Source: Candidatus Eiseniibacteriota bacterium | GTDB taxonomy: Bacteria > Eisenbacteria > RBG-16-71-46 | Direction of reading: 5' to 3' | DNA length: 22,717 nt | Assembly: GCA_044222065.1 (NCBI GenBank) | Contig: JBGAOA010000067.1 | Location: forward strand, 1 to 22,717 | Shown here: positions 1 through 6,640 of the stretch, one piece after another | How positions within the stretch are numbered: position 1 is the first letter of the stretch | How the letters are laid out: the number at the start of each line of letters is the position of its first letter | The notes under the pieces: model-generated | The model's database searches: none | Seen by the model: only the letters and a program-made list of their open reading frames with translations | What the model was told of the DNA's origin: nothing | Position numbers and translations under genes: made by a program

Positions 1-24
1 GAAGCTCGAGACGAGCGCGACCGC
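1..24 (-). repeat. Displaced duplicate of the nitroreductase 3' end (encodes AVALVSSF); left boundary of the SIR2-like cassette
   Basis: 1-24 gaagctcgagacgagcgcgaccgc vs 974-997 gaagctcgacaccagagcgacggc: 20/24 identical. All 4 differences are at synonymous third codon positions on the minus strand. Confidence 0.9.
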
Positions 25-923
25 TACTGAAACGCCGGGACGTCCTCAAGGAAGCCGATGATGCCGAGGCCCCTCGCTGACAGCATGATCTTCCGATCAC
101 GGAAGATCCCGTGAAGTACTTCTGCTCTCTTGACTTCGCCAAGCCCCTTCGCAGTCGCGAAGATCTGGATGTCGTCTCTGGTCTGCTCGACTACTTGCAT
201 GCGACTCAAGTTCGTTCGATCAAACCCGAATCCGAAGAAGCACACTCGCTCAGCGATCTGGAGAGACAGATGGGTTCTCGTCGCCGCCCCATCTTCGGGC
301 CTCTCCCCCACCACCCGGATTGTCTCGGAGGCGCGCTTGACGATCTCTGGAGAAGCTCCGGCTCCAAATTCGAGGTCAGACAGTTTTCCCAGACTCCCGT
401 AGAAGTGAATCACTTTGATCGGCTCGAGCGCGAAGTGTGCATGGACCCGATCGAGGCCAAATGCGGCCATCACGGCTTGCAGCAGCGATTGCTCAAACGT
501 GCGTTCGTAGTTGAACGTCACAACCGTGAGCAATCCCCAGTCTGGCCTCGGAGTCGCATACAGCAATTTGAAGAAGCTCGGGAACCAGCGATCGAGTTGA
601 GTGTCTCTAGGCGTGGTTTCCAGAGACGTGCGGCCTTCGAGCTTCAACAGCGAGGCCGCCATGGCCGCCTTGCCGAGCTCTTGAAACTCAGCACGCTGCT
701 CGAGAAACAAGTCGATCGAAGGCAGACATGATCGTCGAAACTCAGAGCGGAAGCCCTGAATCGCCTCCCATGAGTGGCCCAAGCCGGTCAGAACGGGCGT
801 GAGTCGTCCGTTCGAAGTCGAGAAGTCCTCGTCGATCACGTCTATGAAACTTGAGGCGCTGGGGAACCCGTACGGCATGCTTGCGCCTGCACCCAGAACT
901 AGCGTTGTGCGCCTCTTGATCAT
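24..923 (-). CDS. SIR2-like (SIR2_2/AbiH-like) domain protein, putative NADase/anti-phage protein, 299 aa
   Basis: C-terminal part of ORF 24..2021, starting MIKRRTTLVLGAGAS (ATG 923, GAGGG upstream). Motifs LVLGAGAS, VVTFNYE, IHFYGSLG and FFGFGF match the SIR2-like GAGxS/TxNYD/HGS/GYS pattern. GC is lower than the flank (32/60 in line 481 vs 42/60 in line 1621). Confidence 0.75.
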   Translation of the reverse strand: MIKRRTTLVLGAGASMPYGFPSASSFIDVIDEDFSTSNGRLTPVLTGLGHSWEAIQGFRSEFRRSCLPSIDLFLEQRAEFQELGKAAMAASLLKLEGRTSLETTPRDTQLDRWFPSFFKLLYATPRPDWGLLTVVTFNYERTFEQSLLQAVMAAFGLDRVHAHFALEPIKVIHFYGSLGKLSDLEFGAGASPEIVKRASETIRVVGERPEDGAATRTHLSLQIAERVCFFGFGFDRTNLSRMQVVEQTRDDIQIFATAKGLGEVKRAEVLHGIFRDRKIMLSARGLGIIGFLEDVPAFQ

Positions 924-997
924 GGACGGACTCGCCCTCGCAGCGCGACGACCTCGACTGCCTACGCGTTCCGGAAGCTCGACACCAGAGCGACGGC
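25..997. mobile_element. Putative ~973-bp one-gene insertion at the nitroreductase 3' end, with no integrase inside
   Basis: Bounded by the synonymous 24-bp repeats. Interior has lower GC and carries a replacement 3' end plus the SIR2-like gene. Confidence 0.65.
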
Positions 998-2152
998 ACG
1001 ACGCGGCGTGGGATCCACCGGCTTCGCGTGACCGAGGCGCACGAGCGCGACGGGTTCCTCGCCCGCGGCGCCGAACGCGGCGAGCAGGTGGTCGCGGTGC
1101 TCCGGCGCCTCGATCGGCGCCGAGATCGCATGGTGGGCGACGCCGAGCTGGGTCGCCTTGAGGCAGAAGCGCTCGAACGCCTGACCGGCGGCGAGCCACT
1201 GCGACTCGTCGCGGCGCGAGGTCGTGAACAACGCGAGCGCACCGGCCGAGCGCATCTGGTCGCGCGCCTGCGTCGAGGCCGCGTCGTTGCCGAAGCGCAG
1301 GAAGAAGCTCCCCGGTTTGAAGTAGCGGCTCGCGAGCAGTTCCGCGACCGGACCGACCTCGAGTGCGCTCACCGGCACGCCGTCGCCGCGCCGCTTCTCT
1401 TCGCCGTCGAAGCGCAGCCACGAGTACGCCTCGGCCTGCGCGCGCGCGTCGCGCATCTGCGAGCGCACCGCGTCGTGCGTGAGGCCGGCGATCGAGCGCA
1501 GCCGGTCGCGGCCGTCGAGCCAGTGGATGCGCACATCGTCCGACGCCTGCGCGAGCAGCTGCACGCGGTTCTCGGGGAACAGGCCGCGGCCGTCGTACTC
1601 GCGGCGGTTCGTGCGCCGCCGCGGGATCATCTCGAACAGCGCGCGGTCGTGACGCGTCTCGCCGCCGTGGCTCGAGACCTCGGCGACGACGGGCGACGAG
1701 GGACCGTGCGGGAAGTACGTGACCGCGGGGCGCAGCCGGTAGGCGCGCGCGGCGACGAGCAGGTTCTCGAGCGAGGCGCCGAGCGACGTCATGAGTCCGC
1801 GGCGGTCGGGATCGCTCACGGGCAGCGCGCGGCGCGTGTCGGCGACGACGCGAATCGTGTTGTCCTCGACCTCGAAGCGCCACGGCTGCGCGTTCCAGTC
1901 GCTCGGCGCGAGCACGGCGGCGCCGATCAGCGTGCGCGCGGCATCGGCGGGATTCGCGGGCAGCTCGGCCGGCAGCCGCCAGGGCTGGAGCGCGGTCGGG
2001 CGTTCCGGACGTCGCGCCCACGCGCGGTGAGGCTCGAGGGCCGCGTAGGCCGCGGCGCCTCCCATGAGAATGAGGAACCGTCGGCGGTCGAGCGGATTCG
2101 GGCTCGGAGTCTGTCGGTCGGCTCTCGGGCCGCTCCGTGTCTGGCCTTCCAT
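962..2152 (-). CDS. Acg-family FMN-binding nitroreductase-like protein with twin-arginine signal
   Basis: Start MEGQTRS (ATG 2152, uncertain). Tat-like LDRRRFLILMGGAAA. Motifs LAPSDWNAQPWRF, DPDRR..SLGASLEN, IPRRRTNRREY, WLAAGQAFERFCLKAT and VRLGHA..PTPRR are typical of the Acg family. Confidence 0.85.
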   Translation of the reverse strand: MEGQTRSGPRADRQTPSPNPLDRRRFLILMGGAAAYAALEPHRAWARRPERPTALQPWRLPAELPANPADAARTLIGAAVLAPSDWNAQPWRFEVEDNTIRVVADTRRALPVSDPDRRGLMTSLGASLENLLVAARAYRLRPAVTYFPHGPSSPVVAEVSSHGGETRHDRALFEMIPRRRTNRREYDGRGLFPENRVQLLAQASDDVRIHWLDGRDRLRSIAGLTHDAVRSQMRDARAQAEAYSWLRFDGEEKRRGDGVPVSALEVGPVAELLASRYFKPGSFFLRFGNDAASTQARDQMRSAGALALFTTSRRDESQWLAAGQAFERFCLKATQLGVAHHAISAPIEAPEHRDHLLAAFGAAGEEPVALVRLGHAKPVDPTPRRAVALVSSFRNA

Positions 2153-2275
2153 AGGGGCCGAAAGGTGCGGGAGACCCCCGGTCGCGTCAACCCGAACCTC
2201 GCCGGCACCCGAAGCAGTCGAACGAGCGCATATGCGGCAATACGAAAAAAATCTGCGCGAGTTCATCTCGGGGGG

Positions 2276-2304
2276 TTGACGCCCGGGGGGTCCGAAACGA
2301 GACT
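2276..2304 (+). promoter_or_regulatory. Sigma70-like promoter TTGACG-N17-GAGACT with upstream A-tract
   Basis: TTGACG 2276-2281, 17-nt spacer, GAGACT 2299-2304. A7 tract at 2245-2251 is unusual in this GC background. Confidence 0.65.
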
Positions 2305-2310
2305 GCTTGC

Positions 2311-2376
2311 GATCGCTTCTACGGCGGGCCCGCTCGGCCCGCGACGACCCCGGGGCCCGAGGCCCAGGGGTTTTTT
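2311..2376 (+). ncRNA. Candidate ~65-nt sRNA or attenuator leader upstream of the Mut7-C gene
   Basis: Lies between the promoter and an intrinsic terminator. Contains hairpin GCGGGCC(2324-2330)/GGCCCGC(2336-2342). Confidence 0.45.
2347..2376 (+). terminator. Rho-independent terminator
   Basis: CCCC-g-GGGCC-cga-GGCCC-a-GGGG followed by TTTTTT (2371-2376). Confidence 0.8.
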
Positions 2377-2398
2377 CATTGGGGCGGATGGCCCGATC

Positions 2399-2899
2399 GT
2401 GACCCCCACTCGTTTCGTGAACGACTCGGCTCTCGAGCGCCTCGCCCGTCGGCTCCGGATCCTCGGCTTCGACGTCGTGGGATCGCGCGGCTCGCGGCTC
2501 CTCGACCTGTTCGAGCGGGCGGCTCGGGAAGACCGCACGGTGCTCACGCCGAGCCTCCGCCGTCCGCGCGCCTACGCCGCGGTCCCGACGCTCACGGTCC
2601 CGCGCAGCGATCTCGATGCGGCCGCAGCCCGGGTGCTCGCGGGGTTCGAGCCCTCGGGGTCCCCCTTCACGCGCTGCCCCCTCTGCAACGCCTCGCTGCA
2701 GCGCCGGCAGCCCCTCGAAGCCCTCGGCGAAGTCCCGGGCCGGGTGCTCCGGAGCGCGAAGGGGCCGATCTCCTACTGCCCCCACTGCGGGAAGTGGTTC
2801 TGGGACGGCACTCACGTCGCACGGTTGCGCGAGTGGATGGGCCGGCTCGGAATCGCCGCCGGGCCCGATGCCAATCGCAGCGGCTCTGAAAGCGCCTGA
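2399..2899 (+). CDS. Mut7-C RNase domain protein (PIN fold plus C4 zinc ribbon)
   Basis: GTG 2399 in frame with ORF 1028..2899. RFVNDSALERLARRLRILGFDV, RCPLCNASL and CPHCGKWFWDGTH match the Mut7-C pattern. Confidence 0.9.
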   Translation: MTPTRFVNDSALERLARRLRILGFDVVGSRGSRLLDLFERAAREDRTVLTPSLRRPRAYAAVPTLTVPRSDLDAAAARVLAGFEPSGSPFTRCPLCNASLQRRQPLEALGEVPGRVLRSAKGPISYCPHCGKWFWDGTHVARLREWMGRLGIAAGPDANRSGSESA

Positions 2900-2924
2900 A
2901 ACACGCCTCGCGACGCGAAAGTTG

Positions 2925-2953
2925 TTGAATCGGCCCGCGCCGTTCACCAAAAT
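2925..2953 (+). promoter_or_regulatory. Sigma70-like promoter TTGAAT-N17-CAAAAT
   Basis: TTGAAT 2925-2930, 17-nt spacer, CAAAAT 2948-2953. The predicted +1 (about 2960-2961) coincides with the base of a long hairpin. Confidence 0.6.
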
Positions 2954-2960
2954 GTTCCGC

Positions 2961-3084
2961 GCGAACGGGCCGGGCTGCGGGACGGGCCTGGAGAGCTTCG
3001 TGGGGAGTGGCTCGGCCGTAGTGCCGGCTCCGTTCGCACTTCTTCGCCGGCCTCGCGTGGCTTGTCCCCTCGCGGGCCGGCGAA
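2961..3084 (+). ncRNA. Candidate structured ncRNA or leader with two long hairpins, family unknown
   Basis: Stem 1: 2961-2988 pairs with 3009-3037 (about 26 bp including 3 G-U), 20-nt purine-rich loop. Stem 2: TTCGCCGGCC 3043-3052/GGCCGGCGAA 3075-3084 plus CGCG/CGCG. Confidence 0.55.
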
Positions 3085-3149
3085 CTCGTCTCGGAACTTC
3101 CGCGCGCCGCACGCTCACACCTCCCTCGCGCGCCCGTCTCGCGTCCGCC

Positions 3150-3158
3150 TGTTAGACT
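3150..3158 (+). promoter_or_regulatory. Extended -10 element (TGn-TAGACT) for the GT2-wecA pair
   Basis: TG-t-TAGACT at 3150-3158, 43 nt before ATG 3202. Confidence 0.45.
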
Positions 3159-3201
3159 CGCCCGCGCGTTTTCCTCGGCACCTCCGGGCCTCCCGACGCG
3201 A

Positions 3202-4062
3202 ATGGATCTCTCGATCGTCCTCGTCCACTACAAGTCCCCCGACGCGCTGTTCGAGTGCCTGCGCACGCTCGACGCCGATCGGGCGGGACTCGCCTCCGAG
3301 ATCGTGGTCGTGGACAACGACTCGCGGGACGGCACCGTGGATACGCTGCGCTCGCGGCGGCCGGACGTGCAGGTGATCGCGAATCGCGACAACGTCGGCT
3401 ACGCGAAGGCGGTGAACCAGGGGATCCGCGCCACCACGGGCGACGTCGTGCTCGTGATGAACCCCGACTGCGAGGTGAGGCCGGGCGCGCTCGCGACGCT
3501 CGTCGCCCACCTGCGCGCGCACCCGCGCGTCGCGATCGCGGGGCCGGAGATCTCGAACCCCGACGGCACCGTCGAGTTCTCGGCGCGCGCGTTCCCGGAC
3601 CACTGGACGTTCCTCTTCAACCGCTACTCGCTGCTCACGCGGCTGTTCCCGAACAACCCGTGGTCGCGGCGCTACCTGCTCACCGACTGGGACCATCGCT
3701 CGGTGCGCGAGGTGGACTGGCTCTCGGGCGCGTGCCTCGCCGTGCGCCGCAAGGCGATCGACGAAGTCGGCGGCATGGACGAGGCGTTCTTCATGTTCAA
3801 CGAGGACGTGGACTGGTGCCGTCGCACGAAGCTCGCGGGCTGGGCGAACGTCTACGTGCCGGACGCGCACGTCGTGCACCACATCGGCGCGAGCAAGGGT
3901 CGGGTCGCTTCGCGCGTGATCCTCGGGCGGCACGCGGGGATGATCTACTACTTCCGCAAACACCACCCCGCGAATCCGCTCGTCGAAGCGCTCGCCGCGG
4001 CGTTCATCTGGATGCGCGCCGGACTGATGCTCGCCCAGAACGCGTTGAAGCCGCGCGGCTGA
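3202..4062 (+). CDS. GT2-family glycosyltransferase (WbbL-like)
   Basis: SIVLVHY, VVVDNDSRDGT, NVGYAKAVNQG, MNPD, DWLSGACLAVRR, GMDEAFFMFNEDVDWC, VVHHIGAS. Confidence 0.93.
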   Translation: MDLSIVLVHYKSPDALFECLRTLDADRAGLASEIVVVDNDSRDGTVDTLRSRRPDVQVIANRDNVGYAKAVNQGIRATTGDVVLVMNPDCEVRPGALATLVAHLRAHPRVAIAGPEISNPDGTVEFSARAFPDHWTFLFNRYSLLTRLFPNNPWSRRYLLTDWDHRSVREVDWLSGACLAVRRKAIDEVGGMDEAFFMFNEDVDWCRRTKLAGWANVYVPDAHVVHHIGASKGRVASRVILGRHAGMIYYFRKHHPANPLVEALAAAFIWMRAGLMLAQNALKPRG

Positions 4063-5114
4063 TGCACGTCCCCTACTCGCTCCTGCTCGCGGCCGGCGCA
4101 GCGTTCGCGGCACTCGCGTTCACACCCGTCACGATCGCGCTCGCGCGCGCGATCGGAGCGATCGCGCCGCCCGGACCGCGCGACGTGCACGCCGAGCCGA
4201 TGCCGCGCCTCGGCGGTCTCGCGATGATCGTCGCGGTGCTCGGCGTCGCGTGGCTCGCGCGCGCGCTCCCGGGCCCGGCGCGCGAGCTGGACCCGCGGCC
4301 GCTCGTCGGGCTCACGCTCGCGAGCGTGCCGATGCTGCTGCTCGGCCTCGCCGACGACACGCGCGGCGTCTCGCCGCTCACGAAGCTCGGCATCCAGGCG
4401 TGCGCGGCGCTCATGCTCGCGCTCTACGGCTACGGCGTGCCCGTGCTCACGAACCCGCTCGGCGGCAGCTTCGCGTCGGGGCTCTGGAGCGTGCCGCTCA
4501 CCGTGCTGTGGGTGCTCGCGGTGACGAACGCCGTGAACCTGATCGACGGGCTCGACGGACTCGCCGCCGGCATCGTGCTGATCGCGAGCGCGACGCTGTG
4601 GGTCGCGGGACGCCTGCACGCCGACTTCTACGTCATGTTCACGGCGGCGCTGCTGATCGGCGCGACGCTCGGCTTCCTGCGCTGGAACTTTCCGCCCGCA
4701 CGCACGTTCATGGGCGACACCGGCAGCCAGTTCCTCGGGCTCGCGCTCGCGGCCGCGACGCTGCTCGAGAACCGCAAGGGCACGGCGACCGTGACGCTGC
4801 TCGTGCCGCTCGTCGCGCTCGGCGTGCCGATCGTGGACACGGCGTTCGCGTTCGCGCGCCGGATCGTGCGCGGCGAGCCGCCGTTCCGCGGCGACTCGGG
4901 GCACGTGCACCACCGGCTGCTGCGCCTCGGGCTCTCGCCGCGCGCCGCGACGCTCACGCTGTGGGGCCTCGCCGCGGCCTGCGGCGCCGCGGCCCTCGCG
5001 TTCGCGGCGCTGCCGCGCGCGCAGGCGACGCTCGCGACCGCCGCGCTCGCGGCCGCGCTGTTCGTGGCGTTCCACTTCGTGGGGCACGCGAAGGACGGCA
5101 AGCGCTCGTCCTGA
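4062..5114 (+). CDS. wecA: Undecaprenyl-phosphate GlcNAc-1-phosphate transferase (WecA/TagO, MraY-like GT4 family)
   Basis: ATG overlaps the GT2 TGA. Motifs PMPRLGGLAM, GLADD, NAVNLIDGLDGLAAG, NFPPARTFMGDTGS and HVHHRL; polytopic membrane protein. Confidence 0.9.
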   Translation: MHVPYSLLLAAGAAFAALAFTPVTIALARAIGAIAPPGPRDVHAEPMPRLGGLAMIVAVLGVAWLARALPGPARELDPRPLVGLTLASVPMLLLGLADDTRGVSPLTKLGIQACAALMLALYGYGVPVLTNPLGGSFASGLWSVPLTVLWVLAVTNAVNLIDGLDGLAAGIVLIASATLWVAGRLHADFYVMFTAALLIGATLGFLRWNFPPARTFMGDTGSQFLGLALAAATLLENRKGTATVTLLVPLVALGVPIVDTAFAFARRIVRGEPPFRGDSGHVHHRLLRLGLSPRAATLTLWGLAAACGAAALAFAALPRAQATLATAALAAALFVAFHFVGHAKDGKRSS

Positions 5115-5370
5115 CGCGGTCGCGGCCGCCCCCGTCGCCGCGGCGGCTCGCGCCGGTCCCTGGCACGAGCGCCGCGTGTCGATGCGACGTCCTGTCGCAT
5201 CGAATCCTCCCGACCTCCCGACCGCTTCCCCGGAATCGAGCGACGCCGCGGTGTCGAGCAGCCCGCGTGCCGCGAGGCGGCCGCGATTCCGCGCGCACTT
5301 GCGGGCTCCGGCCGCGTCCGCCGCGTCGCCCGCCGTCGTCGCGGTGTCCACGCCGCGACGCGTCCGACGA

Positions 5371-6444
5371 TCAGCCCTTCCGGATGCGCTGCAGGTCCTT
5401 CTTCGCCTCTTCGAGCTTCGGATCGAGCTTCACCGCCTGCTCGTACTCGGCCCGCGCCTCGGCCTTCTTCCCCTGCTTCTCGTAAATCTGACCGAGCCGC
5501 CAGTGCGCGCCCGCGTGCGAGGCGCCGCCGGGCTCGGGCTCGGCCGCGAGATAGCCCTTGAGCCAGCGCTCGGCGCGCGCGAAGTCGCCGGAGCCGTTCC
5601 CGGTCACGATCACGCGCGCCGCCTGGTACTGGGCCGCGAGATCGCCCGGCCGCTCGCGCGCCGCCTGCGCGAGCAGCGCATCGATCGCCTCGTAGCGCCC
5701 GTCGCGCGCGTAGAGCTGCGCGAGCAGCACGTACGCGCTGCCGCGCCCGGGGTCGGCGGCGAGCGCCTCGCGCGCGACCTGCTCCGATTCGGCGTAGCGC
5801 TTCTTCGCGCCGTACCAGCTCGCGAGCGACATGCGCGCGCGGTACGAGTGCGGCGCCGCGGCGATTGCCGCGCGCCAGTGCCCCTCGACACCGTTCGTGT
5901 CGTTCGTCGCGAGCGCGTGGCGGGCGCGCAGGATGGCGCCCTGCTCGGCGTCGAGCTTCGACGTCTCTTCGAGCAAGGCGAGCGCCTTCTTCTTGTCGCC
6001 GCCGATGATACCCGGCGCCTTCAGGTAGAACAGCAACAGCCCTTCGCGCGCGTCCCACTGGCGCGGATCGAGCGCGAGCGCGGCCTCCGCCTCCTTCTTG
6101 AAGCGCTTGCCGAGCCCGATCCCCTTGAGCGGCCCGGCGCGCTCGGCGAGCGAGCCGGCCACCATCGCGAGCTGCGTGTGGTAGGCCGCGTGGTCGGGCG
6201 CGAGCGACACCGCCTTCTCGGCCGCGGCGAGCGCGGACTCGTCGTGCCCGTAGACGTCTTCAATCTGCGACCACAGCCACTGCGCCTCGGCGTCGTTCGG
6301 GTTCGCCTTCACGCGCGGCTCGATCGCCGCGCGCGCGGCGCGAAAGCGGCCGAGCTCGAGCAGCCGGGCGGGCGAGTCCTCGGCGCGCGCCTCGGGCGCG
6401 AGGACGGCGAACGAAAGCAGCAGGGCGAGCGTGCGAACTCTCAT
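5371..6444 (-). CDS. Secreted tetratricopeptide-repeat protein
   Basis: Start MRVRTLALLLSFAVLAPEARA (signal peptide, GGAG upstream). Helical repeats such as AHWRLGQIYEKQGKKAEARAEYEQAVKLDP; also FYLKAPGIIGGD. Confidence 0.85.
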   Translation of the reverse strand: MRVRTLALLLSFAVLAPEARAEDSPARLLELGRFRAARAAIEPRVKANPNDAEAQWLWSQIEDVYGHDESALAAAEKAVSLAPDHAAYHTQLAMVAGSLAERAGPLKGIGLGKRFKKEAEAALALDPRQWDAREGLLLFYLKAPGIIGGDKKKALALLEETSKLDAEQGAILRARHALATNDTNGVEGHWRAAIAAAPHSYRARMSLASWYGAKKRYAESEQVAREALAADPGRGSAYVLLAQLYARDGRYEAIDALLAQAARERPGDLAAQYQAARVIVTGNGSGDFARAERWLKGYLAAEPEPGGASHAGAHWRLGQIYEKQGKKAEARAEYEQAVKLDPKLEEAKKDLQRIRKG

Positions 6445-6540
6445 CGGACTCTCCGGGGTGGATCCGTGGCGCGTCGGGGGGCGTGCGCCGCGGCCGCGCG
6501 GCGCGCGAAGGTCGCAACGCACGGGGCGTGCCGCACGTCC

Positions 6541-6618
6541 GCGACGACGAGCGCGCCCCGAACGACGTCGGGCGCGGCCCCCGCGGGGACCGCGCCCGAT
6601 GCGTCGTGGCGTCGTCGC
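6541..6618 (-). terminator. Long GC hairpin 3' of the beta-barrel gene (terminator or stability stem)
   Basis: Nested inverted repeats 6541-6549/6610-6618, 6562-6567/6602-6607 and 6568-6577/6590-6599; no U-tract. Confidence 0.5.
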
Positions 6619-6640
6619 GACGGCGCGCAGCGAGCGCGTC

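Noticed and set aside
111..731. 206-aa plus-strand ORF
   Set aside because: Antisense to the motif-bearing SIR2-like gene, with no recognisable motifs.
924..2021. N-terminal 366 aa of the 665-aa ORF 24..2021
   Set aside because: Arg/Ala-rich alternate frame of the nitroreductase gene. The SIR2-like protein starts at ATG 923.
2232..2279. Short ORF MRQYEKNLREFISGG as an attenuator leader peptide
   Set aside because: It lies upstream of and overlaps the -35 box, so it is outside the predicted transcript. No RBS and no regulatory codon run.
3014..3023. ops-like GGCCGTAGTG upstream of the glycosyltransferases
   Set aside because: Mismatch to GGCGGTAG, buried in a stem, and easily found by chance at this GC content.
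2961..3084. Identification as SRP RNA, 6S RNA or tRNA
   Set aside because: No SRP CAGG..GGAA..AGCAG motif, too short and no central bubble for 6S, and no cloverleaf or T-loop.
5115..5370. 256-bp gap between convergent wecA and TPR genes as an sRNA or small gene
   Set aside because: Only short GC stems expected by chance; no promoter, RBS or convincing ORF found.
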